From: an uncultured Syntrophaceae bacterium | GTDB lineage: Bacteria > Desulfobacterota > Syntrophia > Syntrophales > UBA6807 | Direction of reading: 5' to 3' | Assembly (NCBI GenBank): GCA_964523565.1 | Contig: CAZGAK010000006.1 | Location: 4,589-68,588, forward strand | Length of the DNA stretch: 64,000 bases | Shown: piece after piece, positions 58,962 to 64,000 of the stretch | How positions within the stretch are numbered: the first letter of the stretch is position 1 | How the letters are laid out: each line of letters begins with the position of its first letter | Position numbers and translations under genes: made by a program | The notes under the pieces: model-generated | Seen by the model: the letters and a program-made list of their open reading frames with translations, nothing else | Databases searched by the model: none | Told to the model about the DNA's origin: nothing

Positions 58962-59750
58962 CTATGAACCCGTAAAGTCTGGACGTCGCCTTTCAAGGAA
59001 TGCCGCGATGCCTTCTTTTGCATCCTGCGTCTTCGTCATATCAGCGATACCCCGAGCTTCATGTTCCATCTGACTTTCTATGGTTTCTGAGAACGTTTTA
59101 TTAAGCAGTCTCTTGACCGAACCGAATGAAAGCGTTGGTCCGTTCGCAAGCTTTTTAGCAAGGGCTTCCGCTTCTTTCATGAGTTCATCATCTGGAACAA
59201 CCTTATTGACAAGACCCCATTCCAGTGCTTCCCGGGCACTCACTCTTTTATTGGTCAGTATTATCTCTTTTGTCCGCGCAAGACCAATCATCCTCGGCAA
59301 GAAATACGTCATACCGCCATCGGGAGAAAGTGCGGCAGCGGTGTAAGCTGCCATGAACATTGCCGACTCTGCGGCAATTATCATGTCACCGCAAAGAGCA
59401 AAGCTCATCCCCATTCCGGCGGCAGGACCGTTAACGGCTGTGATCAGAGGTGCATTCATTCGAATGAAACGTGAATTAGCCGCATGTGCGTAAACGGTTA
59501 TTTCCTTCAGGGCTGCTCCGAGGTCATCTCCGAATCCGGTAAAATATTTCAGATCTCCACCAGCACTGAACATCTTTCCCGCCCCCGTCAACAGAACGGC
59601 ACGAATCTCGGGATCTTCATCACACCGAATCGCTGCATGCATGAGATCTTTTCCCATTGCGATATTTAATCCGTTGGCGGCTTCAGGCCTGTTTAAGGTA
59701 ATGTAAGCCACATGGTCTTTGACCTCAAAAGTAATCGCTTCATACTGCAT
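58962..59750 (-). CDS. Enoyl-CoA hydratase/isomerase (PaaG-like)
   Basis: LNRPE, FSAGGDL, AAGMG, LSPDGG and EGIAAF. Confidence 0.88.
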   Translation of the reverse strand: MQYEAITFEVKDHVAYITLNRPEAANGLNIAMGKDLMHAAIRCDEDPEIRAVLLTGAGKMFSAGGDLKYFTGFGDDLGAALKEITVYAHAANSRFIRMNAPLITAVNGPAAGMGMSFALCGDMIIAAESAMFMAAYTAAALSPDGGMTYFLPRMIGLARTKEIILTNKRVSAREALEWGLVNKVVPDDELMKEAEALAKKLANGPTLSFGSVKRLLNKTFSETIESQMEHEARGIADMTKTQDAKEGIAAFLERRRPDFTGS

Positions 59751-59798
59751 AATAATCTCCCCTACTAATTTAACATATCTCTTATTTTCTACATCATA

Positions 59799-60689
59799 TT
59801 AAGATACCATCTCCTCAATAATTCCCTTTGCAGATTTGATATCTTTTATCAGAGCGCTCACCTGTCCGGCACTTGCGGGGAAGATCTCGAAATTTCCACT
59901 ACCCCAGGCCTTTGGCGCATCCTTAAAATTGTATTCCTGTAAGAGGTCTATCCCGGGATCTTCTATCTGTTCTTTTAGCTTGGGATTTATGATAGATCTT
60001 ATTTTCATTTTTCCCAGAGGTAACAGTGTTGTGCCGCCATCACCGCAATCGACGACTGCCTTCTTCCATGCATCCGGAGCAGTGCATTCCTCGGTTGCAA
60101 TAAAACGCGTCCCGAGCTGAACACCCTGAGCACCGAGAGCCAGCGCAGCTCGATACCCCCGTGAGTCAGCTATTCCTCCGGCTGCAACAACCGGAATGTT
60201 AACACTGTCTACCACCAGCGGCACCAGTACCATGGTGGAAGATTCGGGGTTGTTGGTACGAAGACCACCGGACTCCGAACCGGAGACGATCAATCCGTCA
60301 ACACCGGCATCCTCCGCCTTTTTCGCCTGGACAGCTGAAAGAAGAACATGGAGCCCCTTCATTCCAAATGAGTGAACCTGGTCATAGATTTTCCCCGGAG
60401 ACCCTGCTGACGTGGTGACTGTCTTTACTCCCGCTTCTGCCAGTATCTCTAAAATTTCCATGTTCGCAGGATTCGCAAGCATCAGGTTTGCCCCAAACGG
60501 CTTGTCCGTCAACTCACGGACCTCGTTTATCAGTTGTTTTGTGCTTTCAGCATTACTGAACCCCAGGGCCAACATTCCGAAGGCTCCGGCCTCGCAGATG
60601 GCAGCTATCAGCTTGGGGCTGTTCATGTGGCCGATTGGTCCCTGAATGATGGGGTAACGACTTCCCAGGATGTTTAACAATTCAGACAT
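59799..60689 (-). CDS. Nitronate monooxygenase / FabK-like FMN oxidoreductase
   Basis: YPIIQG, PFGANL, ESGG, AAGGIAD, GTRF and AGQ. Confidence 0.88.
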   Translation of the reverse strand: MSELLNILGSRYPIIQGPIGHMNSPKLIAAICEAGAFGMLALGFSNAESTKQLINEVRELTDKPFGANLMLANPANMEILEILAEAGVKTVTTSAGSPGKIYDQVHSFGMKGLHVLLSAVQAKKAEDAGVDGLIVSGSESGGLRTNNPESSTMVLVPLVVDSVNIPVVAAGGIADSRGYRAALALGAQGVQLGTRFIATEECTAPDAWKKAVVDCGDGGTTLLPLGKMKIRSIINPKLKEQIEDPGIDLLQEYNFKDAPKAWGSGNFEIFPASAGQVSALIKDIKSAKGIIEEMVS

Positions 60690-60744
60690 AATATATACCT
60701 CCTTCTTTTTTTTATGTATTCTTTATGTATTCTTATAGACCCCC

Positions 60745-60870
60745 CTTTTGGCCCCTGTACTACGACAAAACACCAATTCTGCCGGTTCATTGCTAAGGGT
60801 ACCGATTGGACAAGCTTAAGAATCCGTTCGATTACTTCACGTGATAAAGGCTCCGATTTAAATATTCTAT
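60745..60870 (-). pseudogene. 5' remnant of a nitroreductase-family gene
   Basis: RIFKSEPLSREVIERIL...PLAMNRQNWCFVVVQG resembles the nitroreductase N-terminus (R.F...P...APS..N.Q.W.FVVV); the rest is absent. Confidence 0.6.
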
Positions 60871-60922
60871 ACAACAATATTGCGTGCAATATAATTGTAC
60901 ACAAGCTGTATGCCTAAAACAA

Positions 60923-61345
60923 TTATTTGTCTGACCGATGTCTGACTTTATTGAGGAGACACCTCAGTTCTTTTTCTTCATCTTTGTTCAAAATACTCAG
61001 AAATTCTGAATTAGCCTTTTCCATAACTCTGGCAACTTCCTGTCCGGTTGTTCTTCCCTTTTCAGTCAAATGAATCTGTATTGCTCGCCGATCATTTGGA
61101 TTCTGTTGACGTTGGACGAGTTTTGCTGACTCAAGCCGATCCAGGATGCCGGTCAGGGTAGCGCTATCGAGTGATACTCTCATTCCAAGATCGCTCGAAG
61201 CTATCTGGTCATTATCAAAGAGAAACCGTATAATCATTGCCTGCACTGCAGTTAGACTTAGTCCCGATACCTTCTGACCCCAGAATCTCGCTCCAGTCTG
61301 GCTCGCTTTGGCAAGTTGAAAAAAGATACAGTCATCGGCTTTCAT
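60923..61345 (-). CDS. MarR-family transcriptional regulator
   Basis: LDSATLTGILDRLE and DRR....LTEKG. Confidence 0.92.
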   Translation of the reverse strand: MKADDCIFFQLAKASQTGARFWGQKVSGLSLTAVQAMIIRFLFDNDQIASSDLGMRVSLDSATLTGILDRLESAKLVQRQQNPNDRRAIQIHLTEKGRTTGQEVARVMEKANSEFLSILNKDEEKELRCLLNKVRHRSDK

Positions 61346-61718
61346 TATAGCCCCTTCACTAATAGTCTTGTGTACCATTTACTTGTGTGCAAGCATATTA
61401 TTTCCCCGATATAACTGTCAAGAAAAAACTGCTTGACCTTAATAAAATGTTTCGCGATTTCGGAGTGATGATACTAAGCGGCTGTTTACACCTCAAAAAA
61501 TCGACTATGGAGTTATGATATTGATTTCCTGTATGCAATTCGTAAGCAGGATTTGTCCCATTTCCCTGTTTGTTTATTCTTCCTGGAAGAGTGATATATC
61601 CTCTATCCCATTGAATACGACTTTTCAGTTGGTAAGCAAGCCAATCCTTCCTGAATAGAGTACCGTAGAAAGATATTCTCTCCTTGATATCAATAAACAT
61701 ATAGTTTACTCTTCGATC

Positions 61719-61937
61719 ATGATTAGATCTTTTCGGTGCAGCGAAACAGATAAGATTTTTAGTCGGGAATTTTCTCGAAAATTTCCCAGTGACATTCAAG
61801 CGCGGGCATTTATGAAACTTAATGCCATTGATGCGGCCGTTCAGATCCAGGATTTGCGACTTCCTGCCTCTAATCGGCTCGAGATTCTGAAAGGGGACGG
61901 AAAGGCCAATGGAGTATTCGCATTAACGATCAGTGTT
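61719..61937 (+). pseudogene. higB: HigB (plasmid-killer/RelE family) toxin, frameshifted and truncated
   Basis: MIRSF..ETDKIF...DLRLPASNRLEILKGD, then KGQWSIRINDQ continues in another frame; the C-terminus is missing. Confidence 0.85.
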
Positions 61938-62187
61938 GGATGAACTGACGTTGTCCCAATATCGCCTTGCGAAAGGGATTCGTGTGTCCGCCATGCGGGT
62001 CAATTACGTCGTGAATGGAAAACGACCGGTTACCGCTGAACTCGCTCTGCGTTTAGGGCGGTATTTTGGCCAGAGCCCGCGTTATTGGCTGAACCTGCAA
62101 AGTCGATATGACATGGATATTGCGGAAGATACCTTGTCAGACCAGGTGGAGAAACAAGTTCAACCACTCGCTTCTGCTGTGTCATAA
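61933..62187 (+). pseudogene. higA: HigA antitoxin lacking its N-terminal HPGE segment
   Basis: LSQYRLAK..V...R...VVNGKRPVTAELALRLGRYFG.SP.YWLNLQ..YD; abuts the broken higB. Confidence 0.8.
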
Positions 62188-62260
62188 CTTCCTGAAAGAG
62201 TGATTCTTCTTGATCGGCAGCCCATAACACACTACGAATGGTAATCTTCGATAGATCATA

Positions 62261-62726
62261 TAGCAGTTATGTAGTCAGTTTAATTATGTTGTGAGTATAA
62301 TTCCATTTCCTTCCGAAAGATTAAAAAAATCCTTTTAATTCTCTTTTATTTTTTACTTCCCTTGCTATCTTACTTTTATGGCAGAAAGACGATAGCCATA
62401 TGATCAAGTGGCTTGCCTTCCGCACCATTAAAAAATCCCTATTATTCAGTGCCTCAGGCATAAGGAGGAAAAAAATGATGGAACCAAGCTGCCTGAGAAA
62501 CAGAAACTCCCTTTATCTGATCGTGTGGCCTTTAAGGCTTTATTGCCCGCTGGAGGCTTAACAGCAGACGTGCTTAGCCTATAAATAATTATGTTGTGAG
62601 TAAATTTTGAATTATGTTGTGAGTCCTTATAACGTATTGTTATTAAATCAAATATCCATTTCCAAGCTCTTGGTAAATATCCCAATATATTTCAGGTGGA
62701 TAGATGAGCTCGCAACATAATAGCAG
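62261..62726. mobile_element. 460-bp non-autonomous unit with 13-bp inverted ends and a TAGCAG direct repeat
   Basis: TAGCAG|TTATGTAGTCAGT ... GCTCGCAACATAA|TAGCAG, plus three internal TTATGTTGTGAGT copies. Confidence 0.55.
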
Positions 62727-63026
62727 TTGTCGACAGTTGAAGATCTAAGCAGACAATGAAGATATGCAATTCTTATGTTCAAATTTCCCGCATTAAAGAG
62801 CTGTGGCAACTGTTATCAGTTTTCATGACTCAGGAATTATGATGCTCCTGGCAAGATATCTTTAATCGTCGATTTGATAATTTTGTTATATACAGTAAAT
62901 CCATATCTTGAAATTTTCAGGCTCCTTTTTTAATCGGCTGTGTCACCATATAGCTTTTTTTCACTTCAAGCGGTTGCATAACCATATGTAAATCTTAACA
63001 AATGCCGAGAACTGTAAAATCAGGTG

Positions 63027-63284
63027 TAAAATTGTCGAGATTCTTTACAAAATCGAATTTTTGCTCTGATGCACTTGTTACAAGGGTTTCAGCACGTTTA
63101 AGCTATTGAGAGGCCAAAAATTGTCGGACTTCTTTACAAGTGTGAAACAGCAAAAAACACGTAAAAACAATTGAGAGCCAATATATACAGAGTGTGAAAA
63201 AAAATTATTCTATTAATTTATACAACTTATTAACGCACTCACAATATTTTTCCAAGCAGAATTCATCTTTGCATGGTTTTTGCT
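63027..63284 (+). promoter_or_regulatory. PrsR-type enhancer repeats and a degenerate sigma54 site upstream of the PEP-CTERM gene
   Basis: AAAATTGTCG..TTCTTTACAA direct repeats near 63028 and 63117; TTGCATGGTTTTTGCT at 63269-63284. Confidence 0.6.
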
Positions 63285-63367
63285 TTATAAATTAAAAAGT
63301 CGGTCACTTATTAAGTAATTTTTCAATTAAGTTTCTATTCGCGGAGGCGAAGAAAGGAGTTTCACTT

Positions 63368-63967
63368 ATGAAAATTTTGAAATTTTTTGTTGTAGCATTG
63401 GTCCTGATGTGTTTCTGTACGCCAGGGTTATCTGGAACGATCGATTTTGAAGGCATGCCTGAAGAATATCAATATGGTTATGGTCATCAAAACTTCGCCG
63501 ACTATTGGGAAGGCGTGTGGTTCGGTCCTGATTCAACTGTTTTGGATAGGAATTGGCCCCTTAATTACTATAACTATACCGGTTATCCTCCACATTCTGG
63601 TGACGCAGTATTGTTTTCGTATTCTACTCCTTACATAGATGCTATTTTTGACAATGCCGTGGACGAGGTCTCCATGTGGTATACGTCTGGTAATAACTTT
63701 TACCTGGATGCTTACGATGAATATGACAACTTAATCGCCACTGTCACGGGTGCCCCGAATTTATATTCTAACTCTCTGATTACGATTACATTGTCAAGTT
63801 ACGATATCAAACGTGTCCGTATGCATGATACGGGTAACTACTTCACGATCGATGACTTTACAGCAGAATTCGTATCAGGACAGCCGAGCGGAGTTCCTGA
63901 ACCATCAACGCTGCTGCTCCTCGGCTTCGGAATTCTCGGCCTTGTCGGTCTGCGGCGCAGGGAATAG
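63368..63967 (+). CDS. PEP-CTERM exosortase-target surface protein
   Basis: N-terminal signal peptide; C-terminal VPEPSTLLLLGFGILGLVGLRRRE; AAGGAG RBS. Confidence 0.95.
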   Translation: MKILKFFVVALVLMCFCTPGLSGTIDFEGMPEEYQYGYGHQNFADYWEGVWFGPDSTVLDRNWPLNYYNYTGYPPHSGDAVLFSYSTPYIDAIFDNAVDEVSMWYTSGNNFYLDAYDEYDNLIATVTGAPNLYSNSLITITLSSYDIKRVRMHDTGNYFTIDDFTAEFVSGQPSGVPEPSTLLLLGFGILGLVGLRRRE

Positions 63968-64000
63968 AAAATTAAAAACATATACTTAAGTTAAAACAGT

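Noticed and set aside
61398-61799. 133-aa minus-strand ORF
   Set aside because: It overlaps higB and the marR promoter and has no recognisable motif; a gene fragment from ATG near 61699 cannot be excluded but is unsupported.
62180-62272. attC-like CATAAC...GTTATG pairing after higA (integron cassette)
   Set aside because: No convincing L-box stem between the ends, no second cassette and no intI.
62621-62650. Possible chromosomal dif site (AGTCCTTATAA-CGTATT-GTTATTAAAT)
   Set aside because: The XerD arm matches TTATGTTAAAT poorly and out of register.

Overview
Moderately AT-rich bacterial chromosomal window, most consistent with an anaerobic Desulfobacterota/Syntrophales-like organism (inferred from gene content: LPS genes, class III RNR, sigma54 regulation, PEP-CTERM protein, beta-oxidation clusters). 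Bases 1-31 kb are mostly housekeeping: a truncated cyclase-ATPase, pdaD-speB, lpxH, lptFG, ahcY-metK, panCD behind a pan-type attenuator, a short aromatic-rich type IV pilin, rsmA, tsaD, nadB, purB, nrdDG with tandem NrdR boxes, carB followed by an atypical purF-like gene, kdsD and tRNA-Val(CAC). Bases 32-52.6 kb are 16 co-oriented minus-strand genes for acyl-CoA catabolism behind a sigma54 promoter, facing a large TPR-GAF-AAA+ activator. This run includes an Ltp4/Ltp3/DUF35-like (probable retro-aldolase) module with a MaoC hydratase and isovaleryl-CoA-dehydrogenase-like enzymes. Bases 56-61.4 kb are a partly decayed ETF/enoyl-CoA operon with candidate MarR operators. The right end holds a broken higBA pair, a 460-bp unit with recombinase-like ends and a PEP-CTERM gene. 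Intergenic spaces carry many MITE/REP-like hairpins and heptamer arrays. The best novelty candidates are the putative carboxylase-independent branched acyl-CoA retro-aldol pathway, the 460-bp excisable-looking unit and a switch-like structured leader at about 31.7-31.9 kb. All calls come from reading motifs by eye; no searches were run.
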